Positions 55,051 through 64,000 of a stretch of 64,000 nucleotides of DNA are shown piece after piece. The position numbers were made by a program, and so were the translations under genes. Every line of letters begins with the position of its first letter. The first letter of the stretch is position 1. The DNA comes from Rickettsiales bacterium (GTDB lineage: Bacteria; Pseudomonadota; Alphaproteobacteria; Rickettsiales; UBA3002), in the NCBI GenBank assembly GCA_044237845.1, contig JBIIEL010000004.1:8812-72811 (forward strand). Reading direction: 5' to 3'. Under the pieces are notes generated by a model. The model saw only the letters and a program-made list of their open reading frames with translations, ran no database searches and was not told the origin of the DNA.

Positions 55051-56701
55051 CCCGATGAATCTTCAGAAGATTTTTGGCTGCAAACAGCAGCTTTCTCGAC
55101 TTCCGGTGCTCACGTACTTTAGTAAGCTGCGCGCCGGTTCGCGAAACCTGCTGCTTTCGCGCAAAACTCTTTCTGAATCTTCACCACGCTACGGACATAT
55201 TTTTGCGCTGAGTACAGCACTTCTCACCCTCTCGGCCTGCGACTTATCGCCGGAATATCAGCTGCCGGATTTGAAAATGCCGGAGATTTTTAAAGAGATG
55301 GCTGCGCCACAAGGGGAAGAAAAAACAGCAGAAGAGGCGGCAGCCCTAGACCATTTCTCCGCTGAAGGCATCGACTGGAAACGCGTTGACGAAAAGGCAA
55401 AAATTGAAGAGTTCGCCTGGTGGCGCATGTTCAAAAACCCGGCGCTCGACGGGCTGATGGAACAGGCGATGAAAGACAATCCGAGCCTCGACATCGCCGT
55501 GGCGCGTGTGGAGGCAGCGCGGGCGCTCGCGGGTATCAGCGCGTCGAATCTCTATCCTTCGATCGGCGTGGGTGCGGGGCCGGAGCGGCAGTTGCCTTCC
55601 TCCGCGCGGGCGAGTGCAAACTCCGGCAGCGGCGCGGTGACCACCAAGCCTTACACGACCTACACCGCGCAGGGGCATATTACCTACGAGCTCGATCTGT
55701 TCGGCAAACAGCGCAACAGCACGCGCGCCGCGGAACGTAATGCGGATGCTGAAGCGAATGCGTATCGCGCAGCGCGACTCGCGCTGCAGGCCGACATCGC
55801 GCAGACTTATTTTGCGCTCGCCGCTTTGAACACGGAATCCGACGCGCTGCTACGCACGCGTGACGCGGGGCGCGAGGCGCTGGCGCTGGTGCGTAAGAAA
55901 CAAGCGGTGGGGGAGATCGACGACCTCGCCCTTTCCTCGGCGGAGGCGCAGCTGGCGAATGTAGAAGCGGAGTATAGCGCAGTGGCGCAGCAACGCGCAG
56001 TTGCGGAGCATCAGCTCGCGGCGTTGATGGGCAGCACGCCGCAGCAATTCACTCTGCCGAAGGTCACCCTCGGTGATGCACCACCGGTGATTCCGGCGGG
56101 GATTCCCTCGCGTCTGCTGGAGCGGCGGCCGGATATTCAGGCGGCGGTGGAACAAATTGCGGCGGCGAATGCGCGCATCGGCGCGGCACGGGCGGGCTAT
56201 TTTCCGGATATTTCGCTCTCAGCGAGCGGCGGGTTCGCAGCGAAATCACTCGGCGATCTTTTCAACAGCACCAGCAAATTCTGGGCGCTGGGGCCGATGG
56301 CGGGCAGCACCGTGATTACGCAACCGCTGTTTGAAGGCGGCCTCATCGGTGCGACGCTCGACGAACGCAAAGCGAATTATGACGGCGCGGTGGCACGCTA
56401 CCGCGAATCCGCCATCACCGCCCTGCGCGAGGTGGAAGACCAACTGAGCGCGACGCGCAATTTGAGTGAGCAGGCGGTGGCACGCAAAAGCGCACTCAAG
56501 GCAGCAAAACGCGCCTTCGCCGTGGCCGGGAAACGTTACAAAGTGGGCTATTCGAGCCAGCTGGAATATCTCGACGCGACGCGCCAATACCTCGCCGCCG
56601 AACGCAGCCACGCGCAGGTGACAGGGCAGCGCCATATCGCCACCGTGCAGTTGATTCGCGCGCTGGGCGGCAGCTGGGAAGTGCCTGCGGAGGTAAAATA
56701 A
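55043..56701 (+). CDS. Efflux outer-membrane factor lipoprotein (NodT/OprM family)
   Basis: Lipobox 'LTLSAC', 'WW..F.DP.L..L', and two OEP repeats with 'YFPDISLSA'. The leader before the lipobox Cys is unusually long, so the start is uncertain. Confidence 0.85.
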   Translation: MGSPMNLQKIFGCKQQLSRLPVLTYFSKLRAGSRNLLLSRKTLSESSPRYGHIFALSTALLTLSACDLSPEYQLPDLKMPEIFKEMAAPQGEEKTAEEAAALDHFSAEGIDWKRVDEKAKIEEFAWWRMFKNPALDGLMEQAMKDNPSLDIAVARVEAARALAGISASNLYPSIGVGAGPERQLPSSARASANSGSGAVTTKPYTTYTAQGHITYELDLFGKQRNSTRAAERNADAEANAYRAARLALQADIAQTYFALAALNTESDALLRTRDAGREALALVRKKQAVGEIDDLALSSAEAQLANVEAEYSAVAQQRAVAEHQLAALMGSTPQQFTLPKVTLGDAPPVIPAGIPSRLLERRPDIQAAVEQIAAANARIGAARAGYFPDISLSASGGFAAKSLGDLFNSTSKFWALGPMAGSTVITQPLFEGGLIGATLDERKANYDGAVARYRESAITALREVEDQLSATRNLSEQAVARKSALKAAKRAFAVAGKRYKVGYSSQLEYLDATRQYLAAERSHAQVTGQRHIATVQLIRALGGSWEVPAEVK

Positions 56702-56961
56702 TGCAGACTGTTCTCGATTCCCTCACGCAGTATTACGGGCTAGATTGGGCAGCGATTCTCCTCAGTTTCTTTTCACTCAATGCCTTAAAGAATAAGCAGG
56801 TGATAGGCTTTGTGTATGGCGCGCTGGGCTGCATGTGCGCGCTGATTCTCAGCATCCTAATCGGCAGTATTCCTATGATTGTAGCCAATATCATTTTCGT
56901 TGTGATGCAGTGTCGGGGTTATCTTGCTTGGAAGAAAGATTCTAAGCCTGCGTCGGAGTAA
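56701..56961 (+). CDS. Small hydrophobic membrane protein translationally coupled to the efflux operon
   Basis: 86 aa with 2-3 predicted TM helices. Its ATG overlaps the OMF stop (TAATG). Confidence 0.5.
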   Translation: MQTVLDSLTQYYGLDWAAILLSFFSLNALKNKQVIGFVYGALGCMCALILSILIGSIPMIVANIIFVVMQCRGYLAWKKDSKPASE

Positions 56962-57012
56962 TTGAAAAGATGGATTGCCGCGTCGTTTTGCTCCTCGCAA
57001 TGACGGAGTGCG

Positions 57013-58263
57013 TTATGCCTTCTTCTCTCCCGCCTCGACGCGCAGGCTGCGCATTTGCGGCGCGAAGAAGGCGGTGGCGGCGACCACGCCGAGCGTCATC
57101 ACTCCGCCGAGAATGATCGAGGGCACAAGTCCGAGCAGACTGGCTGTCGCTCCGGCGCGGAACGCCCCAATCTCGTTGGAAGAAATGATGAACATACCGT
57201 TGACGGATGACACACGCCCGCGCATGTCGTCTGGAATCAGCCACTGCATAAGCGTGCCGCGCATCACCATGCTCACGCTATCGAACGCGCCGCTGATGAT
57301 GAGAATCACCGCCGCCACCCAGAAGCTGGTGGCGAACCCGAAGGCGAGCATCGACACGCCAAACCCCGCCACTACCAGCAGCAGCGTGCGGGTTTTAATC
57401 GACTCCATCGGCTTCAGCGCGAGATAAAGCGCGGTGGCGATGGAGCCAATCGCCGGCGCGGCGCGCAGCAGCCCCAACCCCTCGGAACCGGTATGCAGCA
57501 CCTGATCGGCAAAGGCCGGGAGAATGGCCACCACCCCGCCAAACAGCACCGCGAACATGTCGAGCGACATCACCGACAGCAGCACCTTATGCCCCAAAAT
57601 GAACCGCCAGCCCGCCGTGATGCTCACCAGCGCGGGTTCGTTTTTATGCGTGTTGCGGTGCTGCCGATGCGGCTTGCTGATGAGCAGCGTCATCACAAAC
57701 CCAATGAGCAGCGCGGCGAGCGGAATCATCCACGCGACATGCGCGCCGTAACCGCCATAGATAATGCCAGCAAGTGCAGGCCCGAGAATGGCGGCGAGCT
57801 GGAAGCCGCTGCCCATCCACGCGCTGGCGGCCGACATCTGCGTGCGTGGCACAATGCGCGAGAGCAGTGTGAACGACGACGGCACAATGAAACTGCGCGC
57901 AATGCCGGAGAAAAAAACGCAGGCGAATAGCGCAGCAACGCGGGCATCGTTCGCCATCGTCAGCAGGTCGCCCCCGATGAGAAAGAGTAGCGCTGCGTTG
58001 AGCGCGAGTGCAGCAAAACACAACACATAAATACGGTGCGGGCGCCCGACATCCACCACATGGCCGGAGATAAGTGCGAAGAGAATCGCGGGCACGGCCT
58101 CCGCCAGCCCCACAAGGCCGAGCATGAATACGTCGTGCGTGAGGGTGTAGATCTGCCAGCCGACAATCACCGCTTGTGCCTGCAGGCCAAACAAGCCGGT
58201 GACCCGCGCCAGCAGCAGGCAACGGAAATCTCGGTTACGCAGGACAGTGATGGAAAGAGCCAT
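57013..58263 (-). CDS. MFS transporter
   Basis: About 12 TM helices. 'RNRDFRCLLLARVTGLFG' N-terminus and 'GHVVDVGRPHRI' loop-2/3-like motif. The start is set at ATG 58263. Confidence 0.85.
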   Translation of the reverse strand: MALSITVLRNRDFRCLLLARVTGLFGLQAQAVIVGWQIYTLTHDVFMLGLVGLAEAVPAILFALISGHVVDVGRPHRIYVLCFAALALNAALLFLIGGDLLTMANDARVAALFACVFFSGIARSFIVPSSFTLLSRIVPRTQMSAASAWMGSGFQLAAILGPALAGIIYGGYGAHVAWMIPLAALLIGFVMTLLISKPHRQHRNTHKNEPALVSITAGWRFILGHKVLLSVMSLDMFAVLFGGVVAILPAFADQVLHTGSEGLGLLRAAPAIGSIATALYLALKPMESIKTRTLLLVVAGFGVSMLAFGFATSFWVAAVILIISGAFDSVSMVMRGTLMQWLIPDDMRGRVSSVNGMFIISSNEIGAFRAGATASLLGLVPSIILGGVMTLGVVAATAFFAPQMRSLRVEAGEKKA

Positions 58264-58316
58264 GGGTTGGTTCTTAGGGTATGGCGCGTCGCATCGCAAT
58301 CGGTTATGTTTTTCGC

Positions 58317-58868
58317 ATGAGCAAAGCATTTACCAAAGAAGGCGATGGTGACGACGAGGATGACGACCTGCCGGAGGCGGAGGTTGCTGCGCCGGTGGTG
58401 AACTATATGACGCCAACGGGATTCGCAGCGCTGAAGGACGAGTTGCGCCAGTTGCAGCGCGAGGAGCGGCCGAAGATTGTAGAGATTGTGGCCTGGGCAG
58501 CGGGCAATGGCGACCGCTCGGAAAACGGGGATTATATCTATGGCAAGCGCCGCCTGCGCGAGATCGACCGCCGCATTCGCTATCTCTCGAAACGGTTGGA
58601 GAGCGCGGTGGTGGTTGACCCCGAGCAGCAGAAAAATCTGACGCAGGTGTTTTTCGGCGCCACCGTCACCTATGTGCGCGAGGACGATAGTGAAGTGACC
58701 GTGACGCTGGTGGGCACCGACGAGGCCGATGCGGCGCAAGGCAAAATCAGCTGGATTTCCCCCGTCGCCAAAGCGCTGATGAAAGCGCGCGTCGGCGACA
58801 GCGTGGAGCTTCGCATTCCCGCTGGGGTGGAAGTGATTGAAGTGATCGCGGTGCGGTATTCGTCGTAG
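58317..58868 (+). CDS. greB: Transcription elongation factor GreB-like, with acidic N-terminal extension
   Basis: '[43 protein letters not shown]' closely parallels E. coli GreB '[43 protein letters not shown]'. Confidence 0.9.
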   Translation: [183 protein letters not shown]

Positions 58869-58869
58869 C

Positions 58870-59592
58870 TTAATGCTTATTCGCTGCGCGATGATAGGCC
58901 GCGTCATTGAAGAATAAAAACAATGTCACCGAGCCATAGAAACCCGTCAGTACGAGATAGGTATCGAGCGGAGTATAGATAAATCCAGCGACGAGGACAC
59001 CAGCAATGGCAAGCGCGAGGGGTGCATATTTCTTACTGAATGAGAGTAGCCGATTCGATGGCGTTTTAATGTGGCTGATCATCAGGAAAGCGAGGAAGGT
59101 TGAATACAAAGCCGTAAAAATCGGCGAGGCCGGCATGTAGCCCTTGAGGTCGAGCACCATCGGCAAGAACAGCAAAATCGCGCCCGCAGGAGTGGGCACA
59201 CCCACAAAATAGTTGGAGGAGATATTCTCCACGCCTTTTGTCGAGTACATCACATTAAAGCGCGCCAGACGATAGGCTCCGCCGACGAGGAAAATCAGCG
59301 TCGCCGCCCAGCCGAAGAAATGTAGTTCCTTGAGGTGCCACTCGTAGATAATCAGCGTTGGTGTGACGCAGAAATTGAGGAAATCCGCCAGCGAATCAAG
59401 CTGCGCACCGACTGGGCTTTCCACCTTCAGCCGCCGTGCGATTTTACCATCGATGCCGTCCAGAAACGCTGCAATCAGCAGCAACACGAGCGAGGTATAA
59501 ATATCCTCACGCACATAGCTGAGGCGCAGCGCCGTGAGCCCAAGGCACATCGCTGTCAGTGTGATGGCATTGGGAATCCACTTTAGACTCAT
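58870..59592 (-). CDS. pssA: CDP-diacylglycerol--serine O-phosphatidyltransferase
   Basis: CDP-alcohol phosphatidyltransferase motif 'DGIDGKIARRLKVESPVGAQLDSLAD'. It overlaps psd by 4 nt. Confidence 0.9.
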   Translation of the reverse strand: MSLKWIPNAITLTAMCLGLTALRLSYVREDIYTSLVLLLIAAFLDGIDGKIARRLKVESPVGAQLDSLADFLNFCVTPTLIIYEWHLKELHFFGWAATLIFLVGGAYRLARFNVMYSTKGVENISSNYFVGVPTPAGAILLFLPMVLDLKGYMPASPIFTALYSTFLAFLMISHIKTPSNRLLSFSKKYAPLALAIAGVLVAGFIYTPLDTYLVLTGFYGSVTLFLFFNDAAYHRAANKH

Positions 59593-60299
59593 ATTTTCTT
59601 CCAGGTAAGGGTGGTGGGCTGGAAGGTTGCCGGATCAACCGCCAGCATGGTTTCACCACCAACGGCGATGCTGCCGACATCGACGAGCAATGTGTAATGC
59701 GGCGGAATATAAATATCACAGCGGCTGCCAAAGCGGATGATGCCGTAGCGCTCGCCCTGTACTACTTGCTGCGGCGCCACGATCTCGCAAATGATACGGC
59801 GGGCAACGAAGCCAGCGATCTGCGCGAAGCCGATGATGTGGCCTTGTGTGGTTTCCATTGCGGTTACAGTGCGCTCGTTATCATCGCTCGCCTTATCAAG
59901 CGCAGCATTTAAAAACTTCCCGGGAATATAATGGTGTTGCGTGATGCGCCCGCTCGCCGGAAGGCGGTTCACATGCACGTTGAAGACGTTGAGGAAAATC
60001 GATACTTTTTGATAGAGTGTGCCATCTGAGTTCAGCTCTTTCGGTAGCGGCGCGCGCGTGATGTGGCTGATGACGCCGTCGCCGCTTGCCAGCACAAAGC
60101 CTTCTCCCTGTGGCACCATACGATTCGGATTGCGGAAAAAATAGGTACAGAAGCAGAGCAGCAGAATGCCGACCCAGCCTGCGAAATCCGAATACGAAAA
60201 AAGCACCGCTGCAATCACCGCCGCGATGGCAATAAACGGCCGCCCCTTCGGGTGGATCGGCACCAGCACGACATTTTTAATGGTAGCAAGCAGGCTCAT
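59589..60299 (-). CDS. psd: Phosphatidylserine decarboxylase proenzyme
   Basis: 'VNRLPASGRI', 'NERTV' and 'RFGSRCDIY' (Gly-Ser self-cleavage region); 236 aa. Confidence 0.9.
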   Translation of the reverse strand: MSLLATIKNVVLVPIHPKGRPFIAIAAVIAAVLFSYSDFAGWVGILLLCFCTYFFRNPNRMVPQGEGFVLASGDGVISHITRAPLPKELNSDGTLYQKVSIFLNVFNVHVNRLPASGRITQHHYIPGKFLNAALDKASDDNERTVTAMETTQGHIIGFAQIAGFVARRIICEIVAPQQVVQGERYGIIRFGSRCDIYIPPHYTLLVDVGSIAVGGETMLAVDPATFQPTTLTWKKI

Positions 60300-60419
60300 G
60301 GGAATTTACTCATGCGTCAGAGAAAAATATTCACCGATTCGTATTCGGATTCCGCACAATGTGCTAGAAGAAAAAATCGATCAGGCCGTTCCATTGCTAC
60401 TATTCGCGCGCCGTGTGGC

Positions 60420-62039
60420 TTAGGCAATAGCGAGCATGCTCTGCGCCACTGCCTCGGCGATTTTGATGCCGTCGACCCCTGCTGAGAGAATGCCGCCCGC
60501 GTAGCCTGCGCCCTCGCCCGCGGGGAAGAGGCCGCGCGTGTTGAGGCTCTGGAGAGTGTCATCGCGCGTGATGCGGATGGGCGATGAGGTGCGGGTTTCA
60601 ACCCCGGTCAGCACCGCATCGCCCATGTCGAAGCCGGGGATTTTTTTGCCAAACGCAGGCAGCGCTTCGCGGATTGCGGCTACGGCGAAATCCGGTAGAC
60701 ACGCGGAAAGATCCGTCGGCGTGACGCCGGGTTTGTAGGAAGGTACCACCGCACCGAGCGAGGTAGAGGCGCGCCCGGCGATGAAATCCGCCACGCGCTG
60801 TGCGGGCGCAGCGTAGCTGCTACCCCCGGCGACAAAGGCGGCGGATTCCCACTTGCGCTGGAAATCAATGCCCGCGAGTGGGTGGCCGGGATAGTCGCGC
60901 TCCGGCGTGATGCCGACGACGATGCCCGCATTCGCGTTGCGTTCGTTGCGTGAATATTGGCTCATGCCGTTGGTCACCACGCGGTTCTCTTCGCTCGTCG
61001 CCGCGACGACCGTGCCGCCAGGGCACATGCAGAAACTATAGACATCGCGCCCGTTTGCGGCGTGGTGCACCAGCTTGTAATCCGCCGCGCCGAGGATTTC
61101 GTTGCCCGCGAATGTGCCAAAGCGCGCCGCATCAATGAGCGATTGTGGATGCTCGATGCGCACGCCGATGGAGAACGGCTTCGCCTCCACGTAAACGCCT
61201 TTATCATACAGCACCTGAAACGTGTCGCGCGCGCTGTGGCCAATGGCAAGAACGACATGATCCGCCGCGATGCGCTCGCCACTCGCCAGCACCACGCCTG
61301 CAACACGGCGCGTCCCATTTGTTTCTTCAATTTCGATATCTACGACGCGTGACTCAAACCGGTATTCCCCGCCGAGCGATTCGATCGTGCGGCGCATGTT
61401 CTCGACCATCTTCACGAGGCGGAACGTGCCGATATGCGGGTGCGCCTCGGTGAGGATTTCAGGCGGCGCTTCGGCCTTCACAAATTCGGTGAGGACTTTG
61501 CGCCCGAGATGGCGCGGGTCTTTGATCTGGCTGTAGAGTTTGCCGTCGGAGAAGGTGCCCGCGCCGCCCTCGCCATATTGCACGTTCGACTCGGTGTGCA
61601 GCACCGATTTGCGCCACAGCCCCCAGGTGTCCTTCGTCCGTTCGCGCACTTCCTTGCCGCGCTCGAGGATGATGGGGCGAAAGCCCATTTGTGCAAGGAT
61701 GAGTGCGGCGAACAGGCCGCAGGGGCCTGCGCCTATAACCACGGGTCTGTTCACGAGATTCTCAGGCGCACGCGCCACGAACTGGTATTCCGTATTGGGT
61801 GTGGGTCGCACCTGCACATCGTTTGCAAAGCGTTTGAGAATCGCCGCTTCGTTTTTTACCTCCACATCGAGCGCATAGACGAGCTGGATGTTGGATTTCT
61901 TCCGCGCATCGTTGCCGCGCTTGAAGATGGTGCAGGAGAGTAGCTCGCGCACCGGAATGCCGAGGCGTGCGGCTGCGGCCTTCGCGATCGCGTCCGGCGC
62001 ATGGTCGAGTGGTAGTTTGATTTCGGTAAGGCGGAGCAT
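60420..62039 (-). CDS. NAD(P)/FAD-dependent oxidoreductase (COG2509-like, FAD-dependent protein)
   Basis: 'VVIGAGPCGLFAALILAQMG', 'GGAGTFSDGKL', 'MCPGG' and 'AGEGAGYAGGI'. Confidence 0.8.
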   Translation of the reverse strand: MLRLTEIKLPLDHAPDAIAKAAAARLGIPVRELLSCTIFKRGNDARKKSNIQLVYALDVEVKNEAAILKRFANDVQVRPTPNTEYQFVARAPENLVNRPVVIGAGPCGLFAALILAQMGFRPIILERGKEVRERTKDTWGLWRKSVLHTESNVQYGEGGAGTFSDGKLYSQIKDPRHLGRKVLTEFVKAEAPPEILTEAHPHIGTFRLVKMVENMRRTIESLGGEYRFESRVVDIEIEETNGTRRVAGVVLASGERIAADHVVLAIGHSARDTFQVLYDKGVYVEAKPFSIGVRIEHPQSLIDAARFGTFAGNEILGAADYKLVHHAANGRDVYSFCMCPGGTVVAATSEENRVVTNGMSQYSRNERNANAGIVVGITPERDYPGHPLAGIDFQRKWESAAFVAGGSSYAAPAQRVADFIAGRASTSLGAVVPSYKPGVTPTDLSACLPDFAVAAIREALPAFGKKIPGFDMGDAVLTGVETRTSSPIRITRDDTLQSLNTRGLFPAGEGAGYAGGILSAGVDGIKIAEAVAQSMLAIA

Positions 62040-62086
62040 ACTAAGCCTGTAACGGCAACCCCATCAAAACACAATGGGCTATAGGA

Positions 62087-62365
62087 GTGGCTGGGGAAGA
62101 ACTCAGTCAACACAAACGCTGCCTAACGTCAGTATGTTTTTCGATTGCTGCCAAGCACCTTGACCCAGCTAACCATTCCCTGATTCTCGGCAAATCTGGC
62201 TCTGGCAAAACCACGCTGCTCTATGCGTTGGCGGGTGTGCTGAAACCGCTTGCGGGTGAAATTAGGCTGGGTGATACCAATATTCTTGCGCTCTCAGGGG
62301 TGGCGCTCGATGATTTTCGCGGGCGCAATATCGGCATCATCTACCAAACGCTGCACATGGTGGCG
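62087..62365 (+). pseudogene. Remnant of an ABC-transporter ATP-binding gene (Walker A to Q-loop only)
   Basis: '[35 protein letters not shown]...[16 protein letters not shown]' is followed by non-ABC sequence. No signature motif or Walker B follows. Confidence 0.55.
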
Positions 62366-62862
62366 GTGCTCGGTGCGGAAGTAGCCAAGAAATCCGGCCT
62401 AAAAATGGGCGATGGCCAAAACTCGCTGCTTCAACGGTGGAGATATCATCGCCGTCACCGGCACGTTCACCTTCACCACCAACCCCGACCTTGGGTTGTT
62501 CTTTCAGGTGCGTGATGCTGAAATAAGCTCGGCAAAATGACCACGTCTCGGATAAAACCCGACTACGCTGCGCTAGGGAATCTCTTCCAACCATTATTGC
62601 TTCCTGCTGTCTCTTGCAAGGAAGTTGGACGATAAGCGTAGGTAGGCCAAAGGTTTCATTGGTGTTAAAGTTTGAACCACTAAAATCAGCATTTTAGATG
62701 CTTTCAAAAAAATCCCGATATTTGGTTCATTGCGCCTTGTTGTCTCCGTTGCTGGTGCCGCACTCTCTTTACACCCCCCTTATGACTCCTCGCACAAGTC
62801 CTGTCGCATTTTTATGGGGGTTCGTCGACGGTCACGACTCACACGTTAACTGAGGAGTCGTT

Positions 62863-63279
62863 ATGTCCCGCGCTGCAAATAACAATAACCCCGTCATTCA
62901 CCTCAAAGATGCCAATACGCCAGAGGATACCCATGAACTCGCAGGTGTGCTTGGGATGACCGTTGGCGGCGCGATTGGTGGCAGTGCTGCAGAAGACATC
63001 GCACGCGAAATAAAACCATCCCTTGAAGAGATGTATTGGGAGCAGAATCACCATACGCGGGACTATAGCGTGGGGGGAGACGATTATTTGAGTTATCGCC
63101 CTGCATACCGCGTTGGGATCGATGGCTATGTCAGCCATCCCACCAAAAGCTTCGAAGACCTTGAGCCATCGCTACGCAATAACTGGAACATTGCCCGCGG
63201 GGATTCGAGACTGGAATGGGCTGCTGCACGCCAGGCTGCGCGCGACGCGTTCAACCGACTTGCCATTCCATCCACCTAA
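62863..63279 (+). CDS. Hypothetical small protein
   Basis: 138 aa, RBS 'gaggag' 6 nt upstream. I recognise no motif. Confidence 0.5.
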   Translation: MSRAANNNNPVIHLKDANTPEDTHELAGVLGMTVGGAIGGSAAEDIAREIKPSLEEMYWEQNHHTRDYSVGGDDYLSYRPAYRVGIDGYVSHPTKSFEDLEPSLRNNWNIARGDSRLEWAAARQAARDAFNRLAIPST

Positions 63280-63332
63280 TTTTGCCGCCTCCCGCAATTC
63301 CGCGGAACCCACCTTTTTGAGAAAGATTTTTT

Positions 63333-63722
63333 ATGAAAACGATGACCGTACTACTCGCCTCCGTAGCTGCTCTTGCCATGGTTGGATCAGCCTTTGCGGC
63401 AGAAAAAGAAACCTATGAATCAAAGACCAAAGTCTCCAGCGATTCCAAGGGCAATTATAACGAGGATAGCAAAACCAAGAAAACCAACGCTGCAGGCAGC
63501 ACCACGCACAAAGAAAAAGTGGAAGTCGATGTGCATAGCAATGGTGATGTCGACAATACGGTGGAGTCTGAAAAAACAACCGATCCTAAAGGGCTGATGA
63601 ACAAGACCAGCACCAAAACGACCGACACGCAAGATGTGACGCATGATGGTGCGGTGAAGAATACGCACAAAAAAGTCGTTGATGGCAAGACGGTCGAAAG
63701 CACCAGCGAAAACACAAAATAG
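63333..63722 (+). CDS. Small secreted Lys/Thr/Ser-rich protein
   Basis: Signal peptide 'MKTMTVLLASVAALAMVGSAFA', then a hydrophilic low-complexity sequence. Confidence 0.6.
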   Translation: MKTMTVLLASVAALAMVGSAFAAEKETYESKTKVSSDSKGNYNEDSKTKKTNAAGSTTHKEKVEVDVHSNGDVDNTVESEKTTDPKGLMNKTSTKTTDTQDVTHDGAVKNTHKKVVDGKTVESTSENTK

Positions 63723-63788
63723 CATGATTGGCACCGAGGTCGTGGTGTGCAATCGTCGCGACCTCAAACCACTTAAAAGGAGTGTCCC

Positions 63789-64000
63789 ATGAAAACGAAA
63801 CCGACTGAGAACAGAGTCCTGCGTCGGCGTATAACGGATAATCCTGATGTTCAAAGCGCCGATATCGCCTGCAATGTTAGCGATGGCACGGCAGTCGCTA
63901 AGAGCATCGCAAAGGGCCAGCCAATGAAGAGCGACGTGTCGCTCGGGCCAGATTATTCGGTCGATAAACGGCGCGAAGCAAGGCGCAAGCATACCAACCA
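63789..64000 (+). CDS. Hypothetical protein, 3' end outside the window
   Basis: ATG 63789 is preceded by 'aaaggag'. The frame is open to the window edge (MKTKPTENRVLRRRITDNPDV...). It is not in the ORF track because no stop is reached. Confidence 0.35.
   Translation, partial: MKTKPTENRVLRRRITDNPDVQSADIACNVSDGTAVAKSIAKGQPMKSDVSLGPDYSVDKRREARRKHTN

Overview
This is a chromosomal segment that looks alphaproteobacterial. That call is an inference from the conserved run rppH / ctpA / envC-like / gpmI / rlmH / rsfS / nadD / proA / proB / obg / rpmA / rplU and from the high-GC codon bias.

Most of the window is housekeeping: translation, Pro/Arg biosynthesis, phoR-pstCAB, rplM-rpsI, typA, greB, pssA-psd. 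Several visibly more AT-rich accessory blocks interrupt it. There is one tRNA, tRNA-Ala(UGC). I saw no rRNA, CRISPR array, transposase or integrase.

The most interesting content:
1. A three-gene cluster at 42011-50176 encodes large proteins with no signal peptide, built from shuffled shared modules. These are a transglutaminase-like Cys-His-Asp module, glycine-zipper hydrophobic segments and five copies of a ~60-aa EF-hand-like repeat. TTAA-N7-TTAA (CtrA-type) boxes lie upstream of two of the genes.
2. A tightly coupled seven-gene operon at 24894-31973 joins a synthase-type exopolysaccharide machine to a REC/Hpt-only phosphorelay with no recognisable output domain. The machine is a processive GT2, a membrane-anchored HEAT-repeat protein, a TPR+YaiO-like outer-membrane barrel and a fatty-acid-hydroxylase-type enzyme.
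3. There are two families of small palindromic repeats. One is a ~120-nt intergenic long hairpin. The other is a hairpin made of tandem heptamers, and one 75-nt copy sits in-frame inside the essential GTPase gene obg.
4. Four accessory genes are interrupted by single in-frame TAA/TAG codons.

All functional calls come from reading the supplied translations for motifs. No database search was possible.
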